A program made the position numbers and the translations under genes. This document shows positions 24,551 through 35,245 of a stretch of DNA of 64,000 bases, piece after piece. The stretch spans positions 62,001 to 126,000 of the forward strand of contig CBFDEM010000026.1 of assembly GCA_965603825.1 (NCBI GenBank). The letters are read 5' to 3'. Source of the stretch: Blepharisma stoltei ATCC 30299. Its lineage: Eukaryota; Protista; Ciliophora. The number at the start of each line of letters is the position of its first letter. Within the stretch, counting starts at the first letter, position 1. The notes under the pieces are model-generated. The model was given only the letters and a program-made list of their open reading frames with translations. It ran no database searches and was not told the origin of the DNA.

Positions 24551-25534
24551 ATGTCTGAGTCAGCTCACATCCCTCATGAATATCTATGCCCGATCACTCA
24601 AGAAATGATGGAAGACCCTGTAATTGCTGCTGATGGAAACACATATGAGCGAGCTGCAATTACTAGCTGACTCAATCGCAGTAAAACTTCCCCAGTGACT
24701 GAAAAAGACTTTAAGCATAAAAATCTTTCCGATAACTACTTCCTCCGCTATGAAATTTCTCAATTTAATAAAAAAAATCAACCAGTATCAAGCCTTAATC
24801 AAGCAGAAGACCCTAACAAGCTACTTTCCAGCTTACAAAATTTATATATCAATAAAAAATCATACGTCGGTAAGCTGCGAACTTCTATCATTTATCTAGC
24901 CAACATCAAAGAAGACCTAGAAAGCCACTTACTTGGCTGCAAAATTTCCAATACTGTCGGAATCAGTGCAAGTATGGCAGGTACTGGCCTTATGTTTACC
25001 CCTTTAGCATTATTAGGGATACTCACAATGATTGCAGGAAGCCTTACTTCTGTCGGCACAACAGTAACCCAATACTTCATTGAGAAAAAGCAGCTCAAAA
25101 AAATGAAAAAAATCCTAATAGATGAAGAAAAAGCTGCAGTCCGATACGAAGTCTCCATGCTTAAAGCTAAAAATTTGGTAGAAGCCAGCAATTTAGCAAT
25201 GCAAAGCTACCATATTGGCTCAAGGATATGAAAAATGGTAAAAGAGTACCGAACTTTATCAGCATTAAAAGCTTTAAAGTCCACTAAAAGTATTTTTTCT
25301 TTAAAAGGAGGTTGGCCATCAATAATGGCTGCTGGGAAAAATGCCAAATTTTTGAAGGCGTCTGCTATAGGTGCTGGGCTATCAGCAATAGATATTGTGG
25401 CCACGTGGGCTGTAGAAAACTCAACATTAGAAGAAATTAAAAAACAGATTGAAAATAGAGAGAAAACTATTGAAAAGGAGGTAAAAGAAGTCCAGGAGAT
25501 AGAAAAAGCGTTGGTTCAAGACAGAGAAAATTAA
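24551..25534 (+). CDS. U-box + ApoL-like protein (327 aa)
   Basis: ATG 24551; two TGA codons at positions that are Trp in paralogs (the U-box W, and GSRI-W-K). Confidence 0.87.
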
Positions 25535-25549
25535 AAAATTCTAGGTTAT

Positions 25550-26176
25550 TTATTCTTTGTCTATTTTTGGTCTTTTTAATTTATTGACCTTTCCTGCCAT
25601 GCTGTTTCGAAGGATTTTGAGCTCGTTGTTTCTTTTGACGAGCTGGCTCCATTCGGTTTGGAGTGATTTTATTTGGGTTTCAGCGTTTTCCTGATCAGCT
25701 TTTCTGTGCTGGTTGATGGCTGTGTTAGTATTTTCATAGTTTTTCACTGTTTTTTCAATCCTCTTAAGATAAGAATCTAGGTCTTTTATGTGCCTTTTCC
25801 ATGCTTCAGCGCCGAATTTGGTTAGAAGCTTAAGATTGCTGTTCCTCATTTCATTATAGCAAAATTGCAGTTTAGCTTTTCTTAGCTCTTCAATTGAATT
25901 TTCTGTCTCAGCTTCAGCCTTTACAGGGTTTTCTTTAGAATAATTGTCAAAAAATTCTTTAAAATAAGGCGCTGATTCAAAATTTGTCTTTGGCAAAGGT
26001 AATTCTTTTAAATAGTCCCCAGGCTCAAAAGATTTCATTTCCTTCTGAACCAGTTCATTAGCTATTTTGTTGTCATTTTCTGTATATTTATCAAGATATG
26101 GCAGAGCGTCAACAAGATGGGAATTGGCTATTTGATAAGTCAGACGAGTCTTGAATTCTATAGCTTTTGTTTCCAT
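25550..26176 (-). CDS. SPF27: Pre-mRNA splicing factor SPF27 (BCAS2 family)
   Basis: VDALPYLD, ELVQKEM...DYLKELPLP, NLKLLTKFGAEAW, IN.HRK..Q motifs. Confidence 0.85.
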   Translation of the reverse strand: METKAIEFKTRLTYQIANSHLVDALPYLDKYTENDNKIANELVQKEMKSFEPGDYLKELPLPKTNFESAPYFKEFFDNYSKENPVKAEAETENSIEELRKAKLQFCYNEMRNSNLKLLTKFGAEAWKRHIKDLDSYLKRIEKTVKNYENTNTAINQHRKADQENAETQIKSLQTEWSQLVKRNNELKILRNSMAGKVNKLKRPKIDKE

Positions 26177-26183
26177 TTAAATT

Positions 26184-27365
26184 TTATGATATTACATTAT
26201 TATCCACTTTAAGGGAAAACTTGTCATAATTTTCCAACAAAAATGGAATTGACGCTAAAAATTGCCCAAAACTGACTCTCTCCTTTATTTCCAGCATTTC
26301 CATCACCTCATTGACTTCTTCATCACTACAAATTGCGTCTAAAAGCCCTTTAAACCCTTCTCTCCCCATTATTTTCCCTTGGCAATATTGCCCAAACAGT
26401 TCTTTAAACTGATTTACTTGGTTTTTCAGCTGATTTATCTGCTTCATGTCTTGGAAATCCAGCCTATTTGATGGAATTCTAGACCTATAGACTCCAAAAT
26501 TGGTATATTCATGCACAATCATTACCCCAAAAAAAGCCTGCTTGCTTACAGTGCCTGTTAAAAAAGGGTCAAAAATGTCCTATGTAAAAACTACCCATAA
26601 AATATTGGCTTTGTCTATAATTTCTGGGGAATTTTCAGGGGTTTCACAAGGGACCCGGATGTGCTGGACCCTTGATGCATGTGTCCTCCATGGGGTAATT
26701 CCTCGTGTTTCTGGAGGGGAAACTGCATTTCCTCTGATATTTATAGGGGTTTGGCGCTTTTTTGGGCTGATTTTTGATAAATAATCAATGATTCCTTCTT
26801 TTGTGATCATTCCGCTGTCGTCTGATAATCTTTCATATAGTTTTGTATATTTTCCTGTTACTTGGGTAATTAAATTTTGGATTTTTATTGATAAAGCAAT
26901 TTTCTTCCTAGGCGGTGTAAGGTCTCTTTGTTTAAGAAGCTTAAGAGGAGGGAGAGTTAGACTTGCTTTTTGTCCAGAAATATGAAGGAATTTCTTGGGA
27001 AACTATCGTTTAAATTACCATACAACTTCAGGTTTAAGATCTTCGATGGGATCTTCTGCTTTTTTTACTGCTTTTTGGGAAGAGTTTTTAAGAGGATTTT
27101 CTTGGTCAAGTTTTGATAAAAATTCAGAGTATCGGCTAGTTCTATCAGTGGTTTTTGAAAATAATGGGTCATAAACTCGATAGGTTCTTCCCATTATGGA
27201 GGTTTTTAAGTTAAGGCGGTTCGGGGGAGGAGTTAATACAGCAAGAGAGAGAAGTCTTTTATCTGGAGATGTGTTCTCTTCCAATCTAAGTTTTTTAGGG
27301 GATAAATAGCTTTCTAATTGTTCTGCTGCAATTTTCCAAAATTCATCTTTTGGCAGTTCTTCCAT
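26184..27365 (-). CDS. EF-hand-containing protein
   Basis: Intron 26580-26594 (gtagtttttacatag) yields W-DIFDPFLTGTVSKQAF (EF loop); degenerate C-terminal EF hands. The first junction near 27003-27023 is uncertain. Confidence 0.65.
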
Positions 27366-27565
27366 TTATTTAGAAATTTATCAATTTTTACCTAGGAACT
27401 GCATTTATTATAAAATAAGTCTATAAAATCTAATGAAATCTTGCTTGAAATATTAATTATTTCATACATTAATAAAATAATACGCAGTTTTTATTTATCT
27501 TCCCATGCTCCTCATCAAAATTGATAAAAATTCATGATATTTTTTAAAAATTACTTTATTATAAA

Positions 27566-28702
27566 ATGTCAAAAAGGCTGTTTCTCCTTCTCTCGATTTC
27601 TGTTTTTTCATTCGGACAAATATGCTCAAGCATCGACATCGGCATCCATTTTGACAGCATCGGCAAAGTTGTATCAAACGGCAAAACCAAAGCAGAATGG
27701 ACCTATCTTACCCCTACCTACAATTCTCAAGCAAATGAGCAATCTCTCAAATTTTACGTCATGAGCTCGTATCCTCAGTGAAAAGATTTCGAAAAGGTAG
27801 AATTTCACCATCAAGACGAGAACAAAACTGATGACCTAAAATGGCTTCATATGAATGTTGCAAAAGATGAAGAAGAAATTCGGAAATTTAATCTGTCTGC
27901 TGCTTATGAAGTTACACAGGAATGCTTAAATAGAGGGTCTGGGGGTACTAAACTGCATCTAAATGTGACCTTTTATATGGCTGACTGTCCTCCCATTTCT
28001 ATTAATTGGATGAAAATATGTGGAGAACAGGGACAAACAAGAGATGGGCTTTCAATCGGATTCAGCACAAAGTCGAGCGAAATTGCAGAAAATGGGAAAT
28101 TGAAGCCAGCATTTGACCAGAAAACAAAAGATGATGCATATTTAGTTCCCTTTGAAGAAGAAACCACTATAATTTATCTGCACATGCAAGAAGACACTGG
28201 GAAAGTTTACTATAACTCTCCTTTTATTATCACAGATGAAAAGGTTATATATCCTGTATTGAATGGAAGTGCTGAAAGGCCAGGATGGCTTGATCAAAAT
28301 CCAAAAGAACTAGAAATCAGCTATAATTGTTTAGTAGATAATGGTAAGGTAGTAGAAATATTCTTAGTAATAGAGCTACCTTATTTTCAGAATATTCAAG
28401 CACATTTTTATAAGCAATGCGGATCCAAAAAACTCAGCAGCTCTTTTTCATTATTCTGGGCCTTTATTTATTTACTAACAGGTGGCAGCATTGCAGCATA
28501 CCTAATAGCTTATGTTTATTCACAGCACAGAAATGGAGAAAAAGGCTGGGACTTAGTGCCTTTTGGACAACACATTAAAGGACTTTTCAGGACAACCGTC
28601 CACCTCAAGCCAAAAAGTGGGCAGCCTCAAGACATGGATTTGCCAGACCTAAATGACGATAGCCTCGAAATCAATGTGCAGAGCCAGTACGGGACTGTTT
28701 AA
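27566..28702 (+). CDS. Type I membrane protein (378 aa) with an M6PR/ATG27-like cytosolic segment and terminal YxxPhi motif
   Basis: Signal peptide; TGA=W at 27779 joins two ORFs in frame; TM segment FWAFIYLLTGGSIAAYLIAYVY; NGEKGWDLVPF; ends YGTV. Confidence 0.7.
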
Positions 28703-28719
28703 TAGCTATAATTAAATTA

Positions 28720-31700
28720 TTAAAATGAAGCTCCACTAGCTCGTGGTAAAACTGCGTCAATTCTTTTCCAATCTACATAATTTTTACCAAAAATCCCAAT
28801 TCCATACCCACCGATTTTTTCTTTAATAATAATCAGGCAAAAAGTCTCAGCACTGACAAGGCCTTTTATGTCGTTATCTTGAGACCTTGCGATCTCATAA
28901 AGCCGCGATATTTCGATTTCTTCATAATTTGGGTCAAGCTCAAGGACTTTTTCTTTAAAACTTGGCTGGTCTAGTCGAGTCTGCTTTATTTTTTTTCTGA
29001 GTTTATTGTAGTCTTGGATTATTTCGAATTCGTATTCGTCTATAAAGGCGTTAAAAAGCTGGGATTTGGTGATCATGGCGGCTTTGGAGTCTGAAAGCTC
29101 CAGGTATTTTTCGAAATCTATTTTATCTTGCCATTCTTCATGAGAAATTATCCCTTTGCCTTCATTGTCAATTGACCCACACAGAAATTCAGCTTCATCT
29201 TGAGTGATCCAGATATTTAATTTTATCCTTATAGAGTCCACAAATTCATGATAATCCAATGTTTCTCCATGGTCCAAATCTAAAATTTCAAACATATTTT
29301 CAGGCGAAATCCCCATTTTTGCCATAGTCCCGACCACTTTTATAGCAATCATATCATATCTGTCCAAATTTTCTTTTTGGATCCTTGCTATTATTCTTTC
29401 TCCAATTTCTCTGTCGTTTTTGCATACTTTCATTATAAGCTCCATTATATCAATAATAGAAGTTTCCCCTCCGTATTGCTGGATTTCGTAGTGCTGGGCA
29501 AAACTGTCAGTTTTTGGCTTAGATTTATTAGAAGAAAGGACAAAAAGCTCATGAATCATTAGTAAAAATACACAGACGTGGCTTGGTAAAGGCCTAGAAT
29601 GGAAGACTCCAAGCATTCTGCAGAAAGCGACAGCATAGGGGTGACTTATTTTGTAGAGCTCTTCTAGAGAAATCATTAAAGCTTTAAGCTGCTTGTGGGC
29701 GACTGTTTTTAGGCCAAATTGTAAATACATGTAATCTAAAGCGAAATCCACCATATCCCTTGGCTGTCTGCCTAATGCTAATTCTAGCTTATCCAGCTTG
29801 CATTTTTCGTCAATCAAATTTTCTAGTAATTTCCATACATTTGAATAAGTCATTGGAGGTTCCCTTTTCATTTTTTCTGCCATTTCCATTAGTTTATTTG
29901 GCTGGGCGTCAATTTCTGCCATGCTTTCGATTATCATTAGCTCTTGTACACTTATAGAGCTGCTTAAGCTGGTATTATTACTATATTCTTCTCTTGAGCT
30001 ATAAACTGACGAGAATTTTCCCATCTCAAACAGCGACTTATGCAAGCTTAAATTTTCCCCACTAATTTGTGACAGCTCCAAACTCTGCGAATTCAGCTGT
30101 TTCCTCATTTCTTCTTTTTCATCAATTACCTCTTTCATTTTTTGCTGTGACAGCTTCAGGCTGTTTGATAAATCTGAGTTCTGATCTGAAAGAATTTTTA
30201 TTATTTTATCATTGCTCATAGACTTTTTCATTTCCCCTTGGCTTGTTTCTTCAAATTTTGCTTCTTTTTGGAGAAGTTGCTGCTTTAAGGCTTCCTGAAG
30301 TTTTTTCATTCTGTCGATTTCAGCTTGTGAAATTTCAAGCTGATTTTTGAAAAATTTATTTTCGTCTTTAAGCTTGTCAATTTGATTAGAAGAGTCTTGA
30401 AGCTCTTTGTAAAGATTTGCCTCTTGGGATTTAAGACGCTTTTGGAGCTGCTCAGTTTCTCGCCGTAGCTGGGTTATGGTATAGTTTAGGTCATTGCGCT
30501 GGATGTCCCATTCAGACTGGTTGTGGGCAGCTTGGGTTTGTAAAGCTTCAATTTGGGATTGGTAGGCGTCGATTTGTTTTTTTTGAGTAACGAAGTCTTT
30601 GAGGATTCTGCCTTTGGTGTCAGCGTCTTTTTTGAATTCTTTTATTTTTTCACTAAGATCTAAAATTTCAGAATTGGCTGATTTTAGCTCTTCTATTGTT
30701 TTTTGATAAGCCTTTTTTAATAATAAATACTCTTGGCTTGAAGCTTCAAGCTCGTTTATCTGACTCCGAAGATTGTTATTTGTGGTTGTGTTTTCTTCAA
30801 TTGCTGAGTCTAGCTCTCTTATCCTTTCTAGCAGTTTTTCTTCGTCATAGTTAACTAATGAAGAGTCAGTTTTTGACCTCACAGCGTCCTCATAAGCTTG
30901 GCTTAGCTCCCGATTTCTGATTTCAAGCTCATCTCTTATCATTTCAAACTTTTGTATTTGGTCTTTTAGGCTGCTGTTTTCTGATTTCTGCTTTAGCAGG
31001 GCTTCATTGAGGTTTTCTAGGCTTAGCTCATTTGGGGTTTTATTTGATTCTTTAATGATGACTAATTCTTTTCTTAAATTGTTATAGTCTTTATAAAGAG
31101 TTTCATATTCGTCGTTTTTTGAGGCTAAAATTGATTTTAATTTATTTTTTTCTCTATTTGATTCATTAGCTTGTTTCTCTGTTTCGCTCAAATTTTTTGA
31201 AATTTCATCTTTGATTTCTTTTAAAGATTCCATAGCCTGCTTATTAACAGTAGCCGCTCTCTCTAGCTCATCAATCCTTAAATCTTTCTGTATTATTTCT
31301 TTTCTAAACACATCAAGAAGATTTCTCAGCTTTCCAGTTTCGTCTTCTTTTTTGTCAATCAGTCCTACAAAGCTTGAGGAATTTACTTCAGTGCTCATAT
31401 CTTTTGACTTATTTTCTTCATAAGATCTTCTCAGCTGGGCTAACTCAGAAATCAATTGATCATTGTCCTTTCTCAGTCTGACGATCTCAATAGACGAATC
31501 ATCACCAGAAGCTTCAGCTTTGTCCTTCCTCTGGTTCGGCTCCATAATAATTTCATCCCCAACTTTGCTTTTTATACCTTGTCTATTAAAAATACCGCCT
31601 GAAGGTTTGGAGTCTCCACTTTTTAGGTCAACTTGGGCTGAATAAGCGTCATTATAAAGCTGGTCAATATTTTTGAATTTTTTGAGGAAAATATAGTGGA

Positions 31701-32232
31701 TTAATGTTAAAACAGCGACTATTGCAATTATATAAAAAATTTTGATTCCTGAATCAATTTGTACCTTTTCTGAGTCTAAAGTGGTGATTTTGCTGATAAT
31801 AAGGTAGCTTGCGACTGAGATAAAAAAGATAAGAGCGTTTATGAAGTGGGGAAATTTTAGGTAAAGCCAAAATTTCTTATGTGAAGAAATTGCTGTAATG
31901 AGATTCATTAAAGTGAGAAAAAGAGAAATCAATGACATCATTGTTAGAAGGAAATATAAGATTCCAGCTGTTTCGATATTCTGAATATTGCTGCATATGA
32001 ACTGGACGTCTTCGTCCTGGGTAGCTTGGCATGCTTTATTTTTGAAATTTTCAAAATGAGTGTAAACACTGAGATCTTCAATATCTTCATATGTCAGAGT
32101 ATAAGAAATTGTGTAGAGGCCTATATTGTAGCTTGATATTGAGAAATAATTCAAGAAAAGAGAGATAAGAGATAAGGAGAAAAAACAAAAATTCAAGCAT
32201 AAATTTAGAATTGCGTGAATTTTTAAATCCAT
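28720..32232 (-). CDS. Multi-pass N-terminal membrane domain + long coiled coil + C-terminal EF-hands
   Basis: About 4 hydrophobic segments, a heptad-rich middle, and EF loops DLDHGETLDYHEF and DNEGKGIISHEEW. Probable in-frame 15-nt intron at 28773-28787 (gtaaaaattatgtag). Confidence 0.8.
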   Translation of the reverse strand: MDLKIHAILNLCLNFCFFSLSLISLFLNYFSISSYNIGLYTISYTLTYEDIEDLSVYTHFENFKNKACQATQDEDVQFICSNIQNIETAGILYFLLTMMSLISLFLTLMNLITAISSHKKFWLYLKFPHFINALIFFISVASYLIISKITTLDSEKVQIDSGIKIFYIIAIVAVLTLIHYIFLKKFKNIDQLYNDAYSAQVDLKSGDSKPSGGIFNRQGIKSKVGDEIIMEPNQRKDKAEASGDDSSIEIVRLRKDNDQLISELAQLRRSYEENKSKDMSTEVNSSSFVGLIDKKEDETGKLRNLLDVFRKEIIQKDLRIDELERAATVNKQAMESLKEIKDEISKNLSETEKQANESNREKNKLKSILASKNDEYETLYKDYNNLRKELVIIKESNKTPNELSLENLNEALLKQKSENSSLKDQIQKFEMIRDELEIRNRELSQAYEDAVRSKTDSSLVNYDEEKLLERIRELDSAIEENTTTNNNLRSQINELEASSQEYLLLKKAYQKTIEELKSANSEILDLSEKIKEFKKDADTKGRILKDFVTQKKQIDAYQSQIEALQTQAAHNQSEWDIQRNDLNYTITQLRRETEQLQKRLKSQEANLYKELQDSSNQIDKLKDENKFFKNQLEISQAEIDRMKKLQEALKQQLLQKEAKFEETSQGEMKKSMSNDKIIKILSDQNSDLSNSLKLSQQKMKEVIDEKEEMRKQLNSQSLELSQISGENLSLHKSLFEMGKFSSVYSSREEYSNNTSLSSSISVQELMIIESMAEIDAQPNKLMEMAEKMKREPPMTYSNVWKLLENLIDEKCKLDKLELALGRQPRDMVDFALDYMYLQFGLKTVAHKQLKALMISLEELYKISHPYAVAFCRMLGVFHSRPLPSHVCVFLLMIHELFVLSSNKSKPKTDSFAQHYEIQQYGGETSIIDIMELIMKVCKNDREIGERIIARIQKENLDRYDMIAIKVVGTMAKMGISPENMFEILDLDHGETLDYHEFVDSIRIKLNIWITQDEAEFLCGSIDNEGKGIISHEEWQDKIDFEKYLELSDSKAAMITKSQLFNAFIDEYEFEIIQDYNKLRKKIKQTRLDQPSFKEKVLELDPNYEEIEISRLYEIARSQDNDIKGLVSAETFCLIIIKEKIGGYGIGIFGKNYVDWKRIDAVLPRASGASF

Positions 32233-32335
32233 ATTTTATATTTTGAGAAATTCTTTTTGGAAATATCAAGGAAGTTTACTAGCAAAATAATTATTTAAAT
32301 ATAATAAAAAACCTATATTTAATTTTATCTATTAA

Positions 32336-34123
32336 TTAAATATTTGTCAAAATATTGTTTATTGTTTCTTTCTGCTCATTCAAAGTTATGACCAGCTGCT
32401 TCACAATTTCATCCCTATCTACAGAAACCCCTTGCTGTGGACTTGCCAGCATCTGCATTTTCTGCAGAATCCTTTCAACGTCTTTTCCAAAGCTGACAAT
32501 CCTTCCTATAGCTTTTTGGGTGTTTTCGTCAAGAAGAGAAGAATCTGGCTTGGAGCCTTTAAGGATCATTTTTAAGGCCATCCTTGATTTTTTTGCTAAA
32601 TATTCCATACCATCTTCACTTTTTTTCTGTTCTTCAGCTGATGCTTTTAAAGGTGGAGGCTCCATTGGGAACTCATCAGTATCAGATTCACTAGACTCTA
32701 CTCTGTGCTTTCTGACTGGCCGTTCATTTAATGATGCAAAGCCTTCTTGTATAATTGCAATAAAAATGTTATGTACACAACTATATTATATTTACCAAAT
32801 AAAGAAAACAATAAAGGTAAACATATAAAGCTGACCTAAAACACTGTTATCAGCCACACAAGAAGCAAAAAAGCCATAAACAGAGTCTCCGTTTAAAATT
32901 GCAAAGTTAGTGACCATTCCAGCTGTTGTAGTCGGATATAGCCCAGTTTTCCAGAACATGCACATCCCTAAGAACACATACGCCATAAATATAGGAAGAA
33001 TCCCTACAAGATAAGGCAGCAGCTTCCCAAAGCTTCTCTTCAAAGTATTTACTATAATGTAAGAATTCGAGCTATGCTCTATAAATCTAACCAGCCCCAC
33101 CCAAGCACAAAAACAAGCAATCCCAATAATTTGTTCATGAACTTGCAGGACTGTATCTTGGTCTATCAGCGTCAAAATCCCTGCAAAAATCTGAGCTAAA
33201 TTCCCTATGACTGTAAAAATGACCCAAAGGTTAATAAATTTTATTTTTTCTCTGAATCTCAACGACTCCCAAGCATTCCAGGTATCCATTTCATGCCCTT
33301 TTTTAATATGTGCCATAATCATAGCTCTTTTTAATAAATAAGCACATACAATTCCGAGAGAAAAACACCCAAGTAAAAATACCATAGCTCCTATCCACAG
33401 GTAATTTTCGAAAATATTGACTAATTATCCCTTACACTCTTTAGAGGAGCAGGTTGTTCTGGTTGTTTTGAGAGAAACATGGATTGAGCCATGATTGTGG
33501 AAATCGTAGAATTGGACGATTTTTCAATGGTAGCAGTTAGAAGAGACATCCATATTGGAGTTTAAATGATGAATCAGGTGAAACTCGATTTCAAATCTCT
33601 CAACGTCGCCTAGGTATTTTCGGACATTATAGTGGGAAAAAGGGCCTAAGTCCTCTTCTGTTAAATAATAGATATTTTTATAGCCCTTATCTTTCCAATC
33701 ATGCCCTATATAGCTGACAAGAAGTGTAGCAGGCTCTTTATCACCGTTATCTTCATATTCATAGCTATATTGATCTATTGTGTAGCTATTAATATTGAAA
33801 TATTTCTATATGATAATTACGCTGACGGTTTGCTGGATATAAGTGCTTAGCTCTTGGATGTGGTAAATTGTGAACTGGTTTAGTATTTCTGTGTCGCTTC
33901 CTTCGACATTTAAGTTCAAAAACATTTTGTTGAACAATTGATATTGGTCATAGGAATAAGATGTGTTTCTATTCACAATTAATAACGCCTGGCAAGTGGT
34001 CATTAGCACGATTAAAAGCTGGACAACTAAAGCTCAAGGAAATCTCCCATATTTCTCATATTTGTCAAGAGGATGCAAATAGAGTCTGTCTTTAAGACTC
34101 ATAATTCGTGTCTGGTCTGACAT
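32336..34123 (-). CDS. Mucolipin/TRPML-like cation channel (~580 aa)
   Basis: HPLDKYEKYGRFP(TGA=W)ALVVQ; pore FAILNGDSVY; FIC..NIFIAIIQEGF. Three 15-nt introns (33806-33820, 33421-33435, 32781-32795) restore a single ORF. Confidence 0.88.
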
Positions 34124-34384
34124 TTACATATAATTTTAATTGAATTAAATATAAAATATTTCAACAACGGTAAAATTTCCTTAAATTAGGTATCTTCCAA
34201 ATATAATATTATACTTAAGACTAAATATCCAGCCCTTAAAAAGATGCTATTTTTAGAGCCTAAAAATTCTTTTAAGTGTTAGAAAAATTTTGCTGACTAT
34301 AATAAAAAACACAGTTTATAAAGACAAGGGCTCTGGGTTAAATCAAAGCTTTTATTTTTGTGCAATCTCATAGATAGGATTATA

Positions 34385-34786
34385 TTATGATCTTTCTCCT
34401 CTGATTCTTCTGACTAATTGCATGTCTCTTGGCATAATAGTCACTCTTTTACCGTGAATTGCACAAAAGTTACTGTCTCCAAAAAGTCCAATATGGTAAG
34501 ATTCAGCAGCTTCTTGGAGTGCAAGGACAGCTGAGCTCTGAAATCTGAGATCTGTCTTGTATTCTTGGGCAATTTCTCTCACAAGTCTTTGAAAAGGATG
34601 TTTTCTGACTAAAAGTTCAGTGCCCTTTTGGTATTTATAGATTTCAATTAGAGCTGGGATTTTTAATAATCTGTTTGGAGGCTTAACACCTCTGGGCTTG
34701 ATCTCAGCGGCCTTATTTGCAAGGTGCTTTTTAGGAGTTTTTCTTGCTGAGGTAGTCTTTCTTGCTGTTTGTTTAGTTCTTGCCAT
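34385..34786 (-). CDS. Divergent histone H3 variant
   Basis: [10 protein letters not shown]-terminus; histone fold [11 protein letters not shown]...[14 protein letters not shown]...KRVTIMPRD. Confidence 0.9.
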   Translation of the reverse strand: MARTKQTARKTTSARKTPKKHLANKAAEIKPRGVKPPNRLLKIPALIEIYKYQKGTELLVRKHPFQRLVREIAQEYKTDLRFQSSAVLALQEAAESYHIGLFGDSNFCAIHGKRVTIMPRDMQLVRRIRGERS

Positions 34787-34909
34787 TTAATAGTCTCACC
34801 GAAAGAGAAATAGTAAACTTAAGTAGAGAGATGTTTTAATGAAAACAACATAAATAAATTTATTATAATAAGACATATATCTAGGAGATTTTGTATGTTT
34901 GAAGTTGTA

Positions 34910-34983
34910 GGTCCCATAGCTCAGCTGGTTAGAGCGCTGTGCTAATAACGCAGAGGTCGTGAGTTCGATCCTCACTGGGACCA
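34910..34983 (+). tRNA. tRNA-Ile (anticodon AAT)
   Basis: Acceptor GGTCCCA/TGGGACC; D-arm GCTC..GAGC; anticodon arm CTGTG-CTAATAA-CGCAG; T-arm GTGAG-TTCGATC-CTCAC; followed by a TTTTT Pol III terminator. Confidence 0.96.
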
Positions 34984-35245
34984 CTTTTTGTTAAATATAG
35001 ATTAATTTTTTTGCATTATAGTTCAAATAAATCAGTTAAGGGTTTTCTCTATAATTGTTAGCTTTCAGATTATAATACTTCTCTTATTAGTTTAAAGTTA
35101 ATTTATTTAGATTATTTTAAAAATGCTTAATGCTAAAGAAAATGTAATGTTATTTGCTATTATTAGGTCTTAAAAGAAAATATATCTGTATTGCATAACA
35201 TATATTTAAATTTCAAATTTATATCGTAATTATATAAAGAAATAC

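Noticed and set aside
34796-34984. 62-aa ORF (MVPVRIELTTSALL...)
   Set aside because: It is the antisense reading of the tRNA-Ile gene.
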